From an uncultured Gemmatimonadaceae bacterium (GTDB lineage Bacteria; Gemmatimonadota; Gemmatimonadetes; Gemmatimonadales; Gemmatimonadaceae), in contig CAWJMB010000002.1 in the NCBI GenBank assembly GCA_963843845.1, forward strand, positions 2,496,001-2,560,000: 64,000 nt of DNA, written 5' to 3'. Shown here one piece after another: positions 21,303-34,118 of this stretch. The position numbers were made by a program, and so were the translations under genes. Every line of letters starts with the position of its first letter. Position 1 is the first letter of the stretch. The notes below the pieces were generated by a model. That model was not told the DNA's origin, made no database searches, and saw nothing but the letters and a program-made list of their open reading frames with translations.

Positions 21303-22061
21303 TCAGCCGGAGGATGGGAGGGCGCCGGCGTGGTGCACCTGCACGAGCACGGCGGTGATGTTGTCGAGCCCGCCCCGTCCGTTCGCCTCGGCGATCAGCG
21401 CGTCGACGAGTCGGCGCGGTGGGGCGTTCGACGCGAGGAGCTGCTGCAGACGCCGGTCGTCGACCATCCCGGTCAGCCCGTCGCTCGCGACGAGGAACAC
21501 GTCGCCGGCCTGGATCGTTCCGGAGAACACGTCCGGCTCGACCGAGTCGTTCGCGCCGACGCACCGCGTGATGACGTTGGAGTAGGGGTGATACCGCGCC
21601 TGCTCCGGCGTCAGGAACCCCGCGTCGACCTGCTCCTGCACGTAGGAGTGGTCTTTCGTGAGCTGCCGCAGCCCGCCGTCCCGCAGGAGGTAGACGCGGG
21701 AGTCGCCGACCTGCCCGATCACGTAGCCGGCGTCGGACACCAGCAGCACGGACGCCGTCGTTCCCATCCCCTGCTTGTCCGATTCGAGCACCGTCCGGCG
21801 ATAGATCGCCTCGTTCGCCCGGCGGAGCGCGCTGGCGACGCGGATCGGAGCGTCGGGAGCGTCGGCGGTCGCGATGACGCTGAGCTCGTCGGAGATGATC
21901 GCCACCGCCATCTCGCTCGCCACTTCTCCGGCGGCGTGTCCCCCCATGCCGTCAGCGACGATGAAGAGTCCGCGCCCCTCGGACGCATCGACGTAGAGAC
22001 TGTCTTCGTTCCCCGAGCGGATGCGACCGACATCCGTGCGAGCGGCCACGGAAAGCTGCAC
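21303..22061 (-). CDS. PP2C-family Ser/Thr phosphatase (Stp1/PrpC-like)
   Basis: TDVGRIRSGNEDS, VADGMGGHAAGE, MGTT, VGDSR, SDGLTGM, GGLDNIT. Confidence 0.95.
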   Translation of the reverse strand: MQLSVAARTDVGRIRSGNEDSLYVDASEGRGLFIVADGMGGHAAGEVASEMAVAIISDELSVIATADAPDAPIRVASALRRANEAIYRRTVLESDKQGMGTTASVLLVSDAGYVIGQVGDSRVYLLRDGGLRQLTKDHSYVQEQVDAGFLTPEQARYHPYSNVITRCVGANDSVEPDVFSGTIQAGDVFLVASDGLTGMVDDRRLQQLLASNAPPRRLVDALIAEANGRGGLDNITAVLVQVHHAGALPSSG

Positions 22062-22154
22062 TAGCGAATGGGCGCGGCGGTGGGGAGCACGAGGTCGAAA
22101 GCGGTCGGGTCGGGATCGCGCGACGACGCCCGGCCGGACGCCCGGGTGGAGTCG

Positions 22155-22183
22155 AAACTACCCGGGGCTCAGAGGGCTGGCAA
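22155..22183 (-). promoter_or_regulatory. sigma70-like promoter for the PP2C gene
   Basis: TTGCCA-17 bp-TAGTTT on the minus strand. Confidence 0.6.
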
Positions 22184-22234
22184 GCGCGGCCGACGTGCCG
22201 CGCGTCCGCAGCGTCGGTACCCGCACGACGCACG

Positions 22235-24073
22235 TCATGCGGCGTTCGCCGTTCCGACCTGCAGACGATACAGCCGCTCGTAGAGGCCGCGCCGTCCGAG
22301 CAGCTCCGCGTGCGTGCCGCGCTCGACGACCTGCCCGTGATGCAGCACCAGGATCTGTGCGGCGTCGACGATCGTCGTCAGGCGGTGCGCGATCGCGATC
22401 GTCGTGCGCCCCAGCATGAGTCTCGCGAGCGCGTCCTGGATCTGCGCCTCCGATTCGCTGTCGATCGCGCTCGTCGCCTCGTCGAGCAGCAGCACCGCCG
22501 GGTCGGCCGCGACGGCGCGCGCGAACGCGAGGAGCTGCCGCTCGCCGACGCTGAGCGACGCGCCGCGCTCGCCGAGCGGATACGCCAGACCACCCGGGAG
22601 GCGGGCGACGATGCGGTCGGCGCCGACGGCGGCGAGCGCGGCGTCGACGTCGGCACGCGGGTTGGCGAGTCGCACGTTGGACGCGACGTCGCCGGCGAAC
22701 AGGAAGATGTCCTGCTGCACGTGCCCGATCAGCCCGCGCAGCTCGCTCAGCGCGAGGTCGCGAACGTCGAGCGCGACGCCGTCCGCGCCGGCGATCGTGA
22801 TGCGCCCCCGCTGCGGCTCGTAGAAGCGCATGAGCAGGTTGACGATCGTCGACTTGCCGGCGCCGGTGTGTCCGACGAGGGCGAGCGTCTCTCCGGGGCG
22901 CGCGGTGAACGAGACGCCGCGAAGCACCCACTCCGGCGCCGGCGAAGGATCGCCGTAGTGAAACCAGACGTCGTCGAAGCGCACGGTGATCGGCGCGACG
23001 ACCCGGGATTCGGGGCTCGGGCCCCGATCGGTTCCCGACACGCGAGTCCCCGGTCCCGATTCCGGGCGCTCATCACCGACTGGGGTATCCAGCAGCCCGA
23101 ACGTCCGCTCCGCCGCGGCCATCGCCGCCTGCAGGATGTTGTACTTCTCGGAGAGATCCTGCAGGGGCTGGAAGAAGCGCCGCACGAGCTGGATGAACGC
23201 GGCCACCGTGCCGACCGAGAGGTCGTGTCCGCCGACCCGGCCGGCCGCGGCGACGAGCACGGCGGCCAGTGCGATCGTGGTCAGCACCTCGACGACCGGG
23301 AAATACAGCGAGTAGATGCGGATCGACCGGAGGTGCGCGTCGAGGTGCGAGCGGTTCAGCGCCGCGAAGCGCCGCTCCTCCGCCTGCTCCCGCCCGAACG
23401 CCTGCACGACGCGCATCCCGGTCAGCCGTTCCTGCAAGAACGCGTTGATCCGCGCGAGCTGCGTCCGGATCTCGCGATACGCCGTGCGCACGCGCGATTG
23501 GAAGGCGCGCGAGACGAGCACGACGAGCGGGACCGCAGCGAGCGCGGTCAACGCCAGACGCCAGTCGACGACGAACATCATGCCGGCGATCGCCAGCAGC
23601 GTGAACAGATCGCCGAGTCCGGCGACCACACCACTCGTGAACAGTTCGTTCAGCGCCTCGACGTCCGACGTGACGCGGGTGACGAGGCGCCCCACCGGCT
23701 GGCGGTCGAAGTACGCGACGGGCAGTCGCTGCAGCCGCGCGAACACCGCCTCGCGGAGGTCGCGCATCACGCGCTGCCCGAGCAACGCCGTCAGCACGGT
23801 GTCGCCGAAGCCGAGCGCGAACTGCGTGAGCAGCACGCCGACGAACAGCAGGGCGGCACGCTGCACCCCGGCCACGTCCCCCGCCGGGAGCGCTACATCG
23901 ACGACCCACCGCGTGAGCGCGGGCCCGGCGAGCTGCAGCACGCCGTCCACGCAGAGCAGCAGCACCGCGCCGCTCGCGAGCCCCACGTACGGCCGGACGT
24001 ATGCGAGCAGCCGCCGGGCGAGCCGCGCGTCGTACGAGGCGCCACGCAGGTCGTCATCGTGTGCGTTCGTCAC
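22235..24073 (-). CDS. ABC exporter, fused TMD + NBD (multidrug/MsbA-like)
   Basis: TM domain, GHTGAGKST, LSVGERQ, LLLDEATS, IAHRL. Confidence 0.92.
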   Translation of the reverse strand: MTNAHDDDLRGASYDARLARRLLAYVRPYVGLASGAVLLLCVDGVLQLAGPALTRWVVDVALPAGDVAGVQRAALLFVGVLLTQFALGFGDTVLTALLGQRVMRDLREAVFARLQRLPVAYFDRQPVGRLVTRVTSDVEALNELFTSGVVAGLGDLFTLLAIAGMMFVVDWRLALTALAAVPLVVLVSRAFQSRVRTAYREIRTQLARINAFLQERLTGMRVVQAFGREQAEERRFAALNRSHLDAHLRSIRIYSLYFPVVEVLTTIALAAVLVAAAGRVGGHDLSVGTVAAFIQLVRRFFQPLQDLSEKYNILQAAMAAAERTFGLLDTPVGDERPESGPGTRVSGTDRGPSPESRVVAPITVRFDDVWFHYGDPSPAPEWVLRGVSFTARPGETLALVGHTGAGKSTIVNLLMRFYEPQRGRITIAGADGVALDVRDLALSELRGLIGHVQQDIFLFAGDVASNVRLANPRADVDAALAAVGADRIVARLPGGLAYPLGERGASLSVGERQLLAFARAVAADPAVLLLDEATSAIDSESEAQIQDALARLMLGRTTIAIAHRLTTIVDAAQILVLHHGQVVERGTHAELLGRRGLYERLYRLQVGTANAA

Positions 24074-24078
24074 GCGGG

Positions 24079-24094
24079 TGGCACCGCGGTTGCA
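24079..24094 (+). promoter_or_regulatory. sigma54 (-24/-12) promoter
   Basis: TGGCAC-cgcgg-TTGCA, a full consensus match about 50 bp before the gene at 24143. Confidence 0.7.
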
Positions 24095-24142
24095 CCGTCA
24101 TCCTCGACACAGGCACGGCCACATCTCTCGGAGGCATCAGAT

Positions 24143-24406
24143 ATGAGCATTCTCGCTTGGATCATACTCGGGCTCATCGCGGGCGCGCTGGCGAAGGCCA
24201 TCATGCCGGGGCGCGACCCGGGGGGAATCATCGTGACGATGCTGATCGGGATCGTCGGCGCGGTCATCGGCGGCTACCTCGGCCAGATGCTGCTCGGGAC
24301 GGGAACCGTGTCGGGGCTGGACATCCGGAGCATCATCATCGCATTCGTCGGCGCAGTGCTGCTGCTGTGGATCTACCGCATGGCGACCGGACGGCGGACC
24401 ACCTGA
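24143..24406 (+). CDS. GlsB/YeaQ/YmgE family stress-response membrane protein
   Basis: MSILAWIILGLIAGALAKAIMPGRDPGG...GAVLLLWIYR; GGAGG RBS. Confidence 0.92.
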   Translation: MSILAWIILGLIAGALAKAIMPGRDPGGIIVTMLIGIVGAVIGGYLGQMLLGTGTVSGLDIRSIIIAFVGAVLLLWIYRMATGRRTT

Positions 24407-24443
24407 CGTCGACGCGCCGCGAATGTTCGGCTAATCTTCGGTC

Positions 24444-27359
<2,916 letters not shown>

Positions 27360-27383
27360 CCGCGCGGGGCGCCCGGCTTCGGG

Positions 27384-27412
27384 TTGACGCTCTCGCCAGC
27401 CCCCGCTATATT
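27384..27412 (+). promoter_or_regulatory. sigma70 promoter of tRNA-Asn
   Basis: TTGACG-17 bp-TATATT. Confidence 0.75.
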
Positions 27413-27471
27413 GCGTGTTCTGTTCGGACGTCGTAAGTGCTTGCAGGTACGCTCGTTACGCGTCCGACCGA

Positions 27472-27544
27472 TCCCAGGTAGCTCAGCCGGTAGAGCGCTC
27501 GACTGTTAATCGAGTGGTCGTGGGTTCGAGTCCCACCCTGGGAG
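27472..27544 (+). tRNA. tRNA-Asn(GTT), CCA not encoded
   Basis: cloverleaf: TCCCAGG/CCTGGGA acceptor, CTCGA-CTGTTAA-TCGAG anticodon arm, GTGGG-TTCGAGT-CCCAC T arm. Confidence 0.97.
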
Positions 27545-27547
27545 CTG

Positions 27548-27585
27548 CGACGGCGTGGCGTTCGTAGTCGAACGCCACGCCGTCG
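27548..27585. terminator. 17-bp perfect hairpin between the convergent tRNA-Asn and substrate-binding-protein gene
   Basis: cgacggcgtggcgttcg-tagt-cgaacgccacgccgtcg. Confidence 0.75.
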
Positions 27586-27591
27586 TGCGTT

Positions 27592-28521
27592 TCACGGCAC
27601 CGCGATGAAGGTGTCGTACGCGTCGAGCTGCTCCGCGCGCAGCGTTCGCCGGCCTGCAGACGACGCGAGGAACTCCACGAAGCGCTCGCCGAGCGCGGCG
27701 TGGGCGGCGCGCGTCGGGACGGCGAGCGCGTAGACGATCGGCTCGCCTCGAATGGTCAGCGTGTCGCCACGTCCGCGCCCCGGCACCCGCACCGTCGCCG
27801 TCGCGTAGGTCGCCGAGTCCGCGACGGTGCCGAGGTCGCTGTCGGGGGGCAGCGTGAGGTATTGCAGCTTCGCGGCGCGCGCGAGATTCTCGTACGTCCA
27901 GACGTAGTCCAGCTCACCCGCCTCGACGAGCGGGATCTGATCGGACTCGCGAGGCCGCACGTTTCGCTCGGGTGCCGAGGCGAGCAGCCGATGGGCGAGC
28001 CCAGGCACGGCGTAGTGGCGTTCGAGCAGCTGGAAGGTGAGCAGCGTGCGGTACCCGCTCGGATCGGTCGCCGGATCCGCCCGTCCGACCTCGACACCCG
28101 GGCGTTCGAGCAGCTCCCACCAGCGTGGGGAGCGCCCCACGTCCGCGGCGCCCTTCGCCCGAGCGCCGTAGGCGAGCACGATGCGATTGCGGGCGAAGAG
28201 CGTGTACTGCGCGATGTGGGTCGGCACCAGGAGCGACGAGAACACGGCGCGGTCGGCGAGGAGGATCACGTCCGGCGCCTGGCCGAGTTCGGTCATGCGC
28301 CGTGCGAGCTCGAGACTCGACTGCGACTCGAGCGCGTAGCGCACGCCTGCGCGAGCCGCGAAGGAGTCGAGTGCCGCGCGCACCGGACGCTGGATACTTC
28401 CGGCGGCCCACACGGTGAGCGTCGGCGACCCCGCCTCCCCGCTGCGTTCGCACGCCGCCTCCAGCACCGCGCCGAGCAGCGCGGCGAGGACCATCACGAT
28501 TCGAGTGCCGGGGACGCGCAT
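27592..28521 (-). CDS. molybdate/tungstate ABC substrate-binding lipoprotein (WtpA/ModA-like)
   Basis: lipobox-like [45 protein letters not shown]. Confidence 0.8.
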   Translation of the reverse strand: MRVPGTRIVMVLAALLGAVLEAACERSGEAGSPTLTVWAAGSIQRPVRAALDSFAARAGVRYALESQSSLELARRMTELGQAPDVILLADRAVFSSLLVPTHIAQYTLFARNRIVLAYGARAKGAADVGRSPRWWELLERPGVEVGRADPATDPSGYRTLLTFQLLERHYAVPGLAHRLLASAPERNVRPRESDQIPLVEAGELDYVWTYENLARAAKLQYLTLPPDSDLGTVADSATYATATVRVPGRGRGDTLTIRGEPIVYALAVPTRAAHAALGERFVEFLASSAGRRTLRAEQLDAYDTFIAVP

Positions 28522-28603
28522 GGGCCGAATGATACCCGTCCGGGATCCGCTGCCCACGCTCCGGCGCGCCGGATATCTTGCCCGCGAACTCTCTCCGCCC
28601 GTC

Positions 28604-29146
28604 ATGCCATCGCACCGTCCGGCAGCACTCGACTCGACCGAAGCCCCGCCGTCGCCCATTCCCCTGGTCGGCGTCGTCATGGGCAGCGCGAGCGACTGGA
28701 GCGTCCTCGGCCCGGCGTGCGAGACGCTCGCTGAGCTGCACGTGCCGTACGAGGCACGCGTGGTGTCGGCGCATCGCACGCCGGACTGGCTGTTCGAGTA
28801 TGCGGAGTCGGCGGAGGCGCGCGGCCTCAAGGTGATCATCGCCGGCGCTGGCGGCGCCGCGCACCTCCCCGGGATGCTCGCGGCGAAGACGCTCGTTCCG
28901 ATCCTGGGAGTGCCGGTGCCGGCGACGATGTTGAACGGCATCGACTCGCTGCTCTCGATCGTGCAGATGCCGGCGGGCGTCCCGGTCGGCACGCTCGCGA
29001 TCGGGAAGCCCGGCGCGATCAACGCCGCGCTCTTCGCCGCGCAGATGCTCGCGGCGACCGATCCGGCGCTACGGCAGCGGCTCGCCGAACGCCGTGCGGC
29101 ACGCGAGGCGGATGTGTTGGGGCAGTCGCTTCCCCCCGTCGCGTGA
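28604..29146 (+). CDS. purE: N5-carboxyaminoimidazole ribonucleotide mutase
   Basis: [44 protein letters not shown]. Confidence 0.97.
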   Translation: MPSHRPAALDSTEAPPSPIPLVGVVMGSASDWSVLGPACETLAELHVPYEARVVSAHRTPDWLFEYAESAEARGLKVIIAGAGGAAHLPGMLAAKTLVPILGVPVPATMLNGIDSLLSIVQMPAGVPVGTLAIGKPGAINAALFAAQMLAATDPALRQRLAERRAAREADVLGQSLPPVA

Positions 29147-30330
29147 GCGCGTCACCGATCCTTCCGGGCGCCACGATCGGGATCTTCGGCGGCGGACAGC
29201 TCGGTCGGATGACCGGGCTCGCGGCGCTGTCGATGGGCTACCGCGTGCATGTGCTCGATCCCGATCCCGACTGCGCCGCCGGCGCGATCGCGGCGCGCGT
29301 CATCACCGCGCGATTCGACGACGTCGACGCCGCCGCCGAGCTGGCGCGCGGCTCGGACGTCGTGACGCTCGAGATCGAGCAGATCGCGCGCGCGTCGATC
29401 GAGGCCGCCGAGTCGCACGCGCCGGTGCGGCCGGGTGCGGGGCCGATCTGGATCGTGCAGGACCGCGTCCGCCAGAAGACGTGGCTGCATGCGCACGACT
29501 TCCCGGTCGGCCCGTTCCGCGCCGCCGAGGGCGAGGAGGACGTCGTGGAGACCGTGCAGGCGTTGGGCGCCTGCATCGTGAAGTCGGCGCACGGCGGCTA
29601 CGACGGCCGCGGGCAGGCGCACGTCGAGCGCGCGAGCGACGCGCGCGCGGCGTGGCAGGCGGTCGGCGCGCGGCGCAGCGTCGTCGAGCAGCGGCTCACG
29701 CTGGACTACGAGATCTCGGTGCTCGTCGCGCGGCGGCCGGGCGGGCAGATGGCGGTGTACCCCCCGGCGCGGAATCACCACACGCGCGGCGTGCTCACCT
29801 GGTCGGTGCTCCCGGCCGCGATCCCGCGCGACGTGGGCCGTGAGGCCGCCGAGATCGCGTTGGGCATCGCCGAGGAGTTGGAGGTCGTCGGCCTGCTCGC
29901 CGTCGAGATGTTCGTACTCGCCGACGGGCGGCTACTCGTCAACGAGCTCGCGCCCCGCCCGCACAACACCTACCACGCGTCGGAGCGCGCCTGCGCGACG
30001 AGTCAGTTCGAGCAGCTGGTGCGCGCGGTGTGCGACCTGCCGCTCGGCGCTCCGACGCCGACGAGCGTCGGCGCGATCGCGAATCTCCTCGGCGATCTCT
30101 GGGTCGGTGGCACGCCGCCCGACGCGCTCGCCGCGCTGAGCGAGCCGGCGGTGCGCCTCCACCTGTACGGCAAGCGCGACGCGCGTCCGGGGCGGAAGAT
30201 GGGGCACCTCTCGACCGTCGGCGCGACGCCCGACGAAGCGCTGCGCCGCGTCTGCGATGCGTACGACCGCTTTCGACCCGCCGACGCCGCATCCATCGAG
30301 CGCGCGGCAGGTAGCGTCACCGCCAGCTAG
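29143..30330 (+). CDS. purK: N5-CAIR synthase
   Basis: [29 protein letters not shown]...RKMGH. Confidence 0.95.
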   Translation: MSASPILPGATIGIFGGGQLGRMTGLAALSMGYRVHVLDPDPDCAAGAIAARVITARFDDVDAAAELARGSDVVTLEIEQIARASIEAAESHAPVRPGAGPIWIVQDRVRQKTWLHAHDFPVGPFRAAEGEEDVVETVQALGACIVKSAHGGYDGRGQAHVERASDARAAWQAVGARRSVVEQRLTLDYEISVLVARRPGGQMAVYPPARNHHTRGVLTWSVLPAAIPRDVGREAAEIALGIAEELEVVGLLAVEMFVLADGRLLVNELAPRPHNTYHASERACATSQFEQLVRAVCDLPLGAPTPTSVGAIANLLGDLWVGGTPPDALAALSEPAVRLHLYGKRDARPGRKMGHLSTVGATPDEALRRVCDAYDRFRPADAASIERAAGSVTAS

Positions 30331-30416
30331 CGGCCCCGCCCTTGCGACGGGGCGGCGCATCAGACGCGGCTCCACTCGGTCACCGCGGTCGTCACCTTCT
30401 CGATCCGATCTGCACG

Positions 30417-31016
30417 ATGCGCACGATTCGAACGCTCGCTACGCTCGTCCCGCTCGCCGCACTCGCCGCGTGTGCGTCGGGGTCCGGTCAGGGGGGCCCG
30501 AACGGCCGCGGCGGCCGGCCGGGTGGTCCTGGCCGGATGGGGAACGATTCGATTCCCATGGCGGCACCCAACACCACCGCGCGAGCCGAGCTGCGCGACG
30601 CGAACGGCAACAGCGTCGGCAGCGTGGCGTTCACGCAGACGCGAGGCGGGGTGCTCGTGACCGCGGACCTGACGAACCTCCCGGCCGGCAGGCACGCGAT
30701 CCACGTGCACGACACCGGACGGTGCGAGGCGCCGTTCACGACGGCCGGCGGGCACTACAACCCGACGATGCGGTCGCACGGATACCGCTCCCAGATGCCG
30801 CACCACGCGGGTGACCTTCCGAACTTCCTGATCGCCGCGAACGGCACCGGCCGCGTCGAGGCGCTCGGCCGCGACCTGTCGCTCGTGCCGGGTCCCGTCG
30901 GGTTGTTCGACGCGGACGGCGCATCGGTCGTCGTCCACGCCGACGCCGACGATTATGCCAGCGAACCCGCGGGCAATTCGGGCAATCGCATCGCCTGCGG
31001 CGTGATCGCTCGCTGA
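30417..31016 (+). CDS. sodC: Cu/Zn superoxide dismutase lipoprotein
   Basis: lipobox LAAC, HAIHVH, GGHYNP, HAGDLPN, VVVH, GNSGNRIACGVI. Confidence 0.9.
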   Translation: MRTIRTLATLVPLAALAACASGSGQGGPNGRGGRPGGPGRMGNDSIPMAAPNTTARAELRDANGNSVGSVAFTQTRGGVLVTADLTNLPAGRHAIHVHDTGRCEAPFTTAGGHYNPTMRSHGYRSQMPHHAGDLPNFLIAANGTGRVEALGRDLSLVPGPVGLFDADGASVVVHADADDYASEPAGNSGNRIACGVIAR

Positions 31017-31171
31017 CAGAGCACCGCGCGATAATCGTGTAGCGGAACGCTCCGCGGCACGGTCCTGGTAACCGCTCTCGCCTTCGTGGCGTGGGCGGTT
31101 TCGTGCATTCGCCCTCCCCGACCGCGCAGCGCGGCACGCGCGACGAGCGCAATCTTCAGGAGGAGTGCTTC

Positions 31172-32107
31172 ATGGCAGCATCGACAGCGGACACGGCCGT
31201 CGGCCCGCGGACCCGCACGCGCCAACGCAACGGCGCGCAACGCAACATCAACGATCTCGAGCGGCTCGCGTCGGTCGCCGTCGGCGGGGTGCTCGCGGCG
31301 CTCGCGCTTCGGCGCCGCAGCGTTCCAGGGCTGGCCATCGGTGCGCTCGGTGGGGCGCTCGTGCGCCGCGGAGTGACCGGGCACTGCGATCTGTACCAGG
31401 CGATCGGCGTGAGCACGGCGGACGCGCCGCAGACGGTCACACGGCAGCACGGCGCGGCGGCGGTGCTCGAGGCGAGCGGCGCACAGCGTGTGGAACGGAG
31501 CGTCACGATCTTCGGCAAGTCGCCGAGCGAGCTGTTCGCCTTCTGGCGCGACTTCACCAACTTGCCGCGCGTCATGAAGCACCTCGAGTCGGTCGAGGTG
31601 CAGAGCGACACGCGCTCGCGCTGGACGGCGAAGGCGCCGGCCGGCCGTACCGTGTCGTGGGACGCGGAGGTCTACAACGAGCTCCCCGACGAACTCATCG
31701 CGTGGCGGTCGCTCGACGGCGCGATGGTGCCGAACGCGGGGTCCGTGCGCTTCAAGGCGCTCTCCGCGGGGCGCGGCACGGAAGTGAAGGTCGTGCTCGA
31801 GTACGATGCGCCGGGCGGCGCGTTAGGCACTCTCGTCGCGAAGCTGTTCGGCGAGGAGCCGGACGTGCAGGTGCGCGAGGACCTGCGCCGATTCAAGGCA
31901 CTGATGGAGGCGGGCGAGATCCCCGTCAGCGAGAACCCCGGCAGCGGTGTGCCGGCGCGCGAGACGTGGGACGGCCGCGCGAATCAGGACGCGAAAGTAC
32001 GCGATCTCGCGTCGCCCTCGCGACCGCACGACCCCACGTTCCAGCCGACGCCGAGCGACCAGGCGCGCGGCACCGTCACCACACAACCGTCGGAGGCACG
32101 CGCATGA
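31172..32107 (+). CDS. DUF2892-like + SRPBCC (cyclase/dehydrase) protein
   Basis: NINDLERLASV...RGVTGHCDLY; FWRDFTNLPRVM, WDAE, IAWRS, DLRRFKALME; AGGAGG RBS. Confidence 0.85.
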   Translation: MAASTADTAVGPRTRTRQRNGAQRNINDLERLASVAVGGVLAALALRRRSVPGLAIGALGGALVRRGVTGHCDLYQAIGVSTADAPQTVTRQHGAAAVLEASGAQRVERSVTIFGKSPSELFAFWRDFTNLPRVMKHLESVEVQSDTRSRWTAKAPAGRTVSWDAEVYNELPDELIAWRSLDGAMVPNAGSVRFKALSAGRGTEVKVVLEYDAPGGALGTLVAKLFGEEPDVQVREDLRRFKALMEAGEIPVSENPGSGVPARETWDGRANQDAKVRDLASPSRPHDPTFQPTPSDQARGTVTTQPSEARA

Positions 32108-33285
32108 AGGCCTGCTGCTGGCACGGCGTCGAGGATGTGCGCGTCGACGAGGTGCGCGATCCCGAGATCATCAATCCGCGCGACGCGATCGTGCGGGTCA
32201 CGTCGACCGCGATCTGCGGCTCCGATCTGCACCTGTACGGCGGCAAGGTGCCGTCGATGAAGAGTGGCGACATCCTCGGACACGAGTTCATGGGCGTCGT
32301 CGAGGAAGTCGGGCGAGGCATCTCGTCGAAGGTGCGGGTCGGGGACCGCGTCGTGGTGCCGTTCGGCATCGCGTGCGGGAACTGCTACTACTGTCAGCAC
32401 GACCTCTGGTCGATGTGCGACAACTCGAATCCGAACTCGCAGCTGCTCGAGGCGATGAACGGGTACAACGCCTCGGGGCTGTTCGGCTACTCGCACCTGT
32501 ACGGCGGGTACGCCGGCGGGCAGGCGCAGTACGTCCGCGTGCCGTTCGCCGATGTCGGGCCGCTGAAGATCGAGAGCGGGATCGAAGACGAGAAAGTCCT
32601 CTTCCTGACCGACGTCTTCCCCACCGGCTACCAGGCAGCCGAGCAGTGCGGCATCCGCCCGGGCGACGTCGTCGCCGTGTGGGGGGCCGGCCCCGTCGGC
32701 CAGTTCGCCGCCGCGAGCGCGTTCCTGTTGGGCGCCGAGCGCGTCATCGTGATCGACCGCTTTCAGTACCGGCTCGACCGAGCGCAGCAGCTCTGGAACG
32801 CGGAGATCCTCAACTACGCGACCGACACCGACGACGTCGTCGAGACGCTGAAGCAGATGACCGGCGGCCGCGGGCCGGACCACGTCATCGACGCGGTCGG
32901 GATGGAGGCGCACGGCACCGGCATGTACGCCGAGTACGAGCGCGCGAAGCAGTTCTCGAAGGTGCAGATGGACCGCGCGACGGCGCTCCGCCAGGTCATC
33001 CAGGCGTGCGGCAAGGGCGGTACGGTGAGCCTCCCGGGCGTCTATACCGGCTTCATCGACAAGTTTCCGATGGGGCAGGCGTTCGCCAAAGGGCTCACGT
33101 TCAAGATGGGGCAGACGAACACGCAGAAGTACCTGCGGCCGCTGCTCGAGCGGATCGAGCGCGGCGAGATCGACCCGTCGGGAATCATCACGCATCGGGT
33201 TCGCATCGATGACGCGCCGATGATGTACGAGATCTTCCGCGACAAGCAGGACGACTGCCTCAAGGTCGTGCTGCAGCCGGCCTGA
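32104..33285 (+). CDS. Zn-dependent alcohol/formaldehyde dehydrogenase (YbdR-like)
   Basis: ICGSDLH, GHEFMG, CGNCYYC, GAGPVG, DAVGMEAH. Confidence 0.92.
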   Translation: MKACCWHGVEDVRVDEVRDPEIINPRDAIVRVTSTAICGSDLHLYGGKVPSMKSGDILGHEFMGVVEEVGRGISSKVRVGDRVVVPFGIACGNCYYCQHDLWSMCDNSNPNSQLLEAMNGYNASGLFGYSHLYGGYAGGQAQYVRVPFADVGPLKIESGIEDEKVLFLTDVFPTGYQAAEQCGIRPGDVVAVWGAGPVGQFAAASAFLLGAERVIVIDRFQYRLDRAQQLWNAEILNYATDTDDVVETLKQMTGGRGPDHVIDAVGMEAHGTGMYAEYERAKQFSKVQMDRATALRQVIQACGKGGTVSLPGVYTGFIDKFPMGQAFAKGLTFKMGQTNTQKYLRPLLERIERGEIDPSGIITHRVRIDDAPMMYEIFRDKQDDCLKVVLQPA

Positions 33286-34066
33286 CGCGCCGCTCCATCC
33301 CGTCGTACGGCCCCGACGTGCCCTCCTCATCGGTCGGCGCGTCGGGGTCGAGCTCGATGAAGCGCACGGGGAGCGCGTCCGGCGCCGACTTCCTGAGCAG
33401 CGGCAGCGCGACGTTGTAGCACGGCGTCCCGTTGGAGAGGTGCCCCTCGGGGGTGCCGTTGTGCGCGTGGCCGTGGAAGACCGCGCTCACTCGATAGCGA
33501 AGCAGCGGCTCTTCGTGGCGGCCGCAGCCGAGCCACGGAAAGATCTCGAGCGGCTCCCCCTCCACCGTCGCGCGGATCGGTGCGTAGTGCAGCAGCGCGA
33601 TCTTCTGCCGCGTGCGCAGCCGGGCGAGCGCCGTCTCGAGCTTGAGCGTCTCCTGCACGGCCTCGTCGACGAACGCCTTCACCGCCTTCTCGCCCCACGA
33701 GCCGAGCACGCCGCGCCCGAATCCGCCGCAGAATCCCTTGGTGCCGGCGAATCCGACGCCGCTCACCTCGTGCGATTCGCCGTCGAGCACGACGATCCCC
33801 GCCTCGCGCAGCGCGTCGGTGACCTGCTCCGGGTGTCCCGCCTCGAAGTCGTGGTTGCCCAACACCGTGATGACCGGGATGCGAATCGCCGACAGCTCCT
33901 TGAGCAACACGCGCGTCTCGTCGGGCGTGCCGTAGTCGGTCAGATCTCCGCAGAGCAGCAGCACGTCGGCGCGCTCGGCGACCTGCGTGAGGATGGGGGC
34001 GAGCGCGCCCTGCGACGTCTTGCTGACGTGCACGTCGCTCATGGCGGCGATACGAACGGTGGGCAT
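33260..34066 (-). CDS. calcineurin-like metallophosphoesterase
   Basis: [27 protein letters not shown]. Confidence 0.92.
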   Translation of the reverse strand: MPTVRIAAMSDVHVSKTSQGALAPILTQVAERADVLLLCGDLTDYGTPDETRVLLKELSAIRIPVITVLGNHDFEAGHPEQVTDALREAGIVVLDGESHEVSGVGFAGTKGFCGGFGRGVLGSWGEKAVKAFVDEAVQETLKLETALARLRTRQKIALLHYAPIRATVEGEPLEIFPWLGCGRHEEPLLRYRVSAVFHGHAHNGTPEGHLSNGTPCYNVALPLLRKSAPDALPVRFIELDPDAPTDEEGTSGPYDGMERRVRPAAARP

Positions 34067-34118
34067 AGTCGATGCGAGAGGTCGTGAGCGGTCGTCCACT
34101 TCAACATCCATTCCGCTC

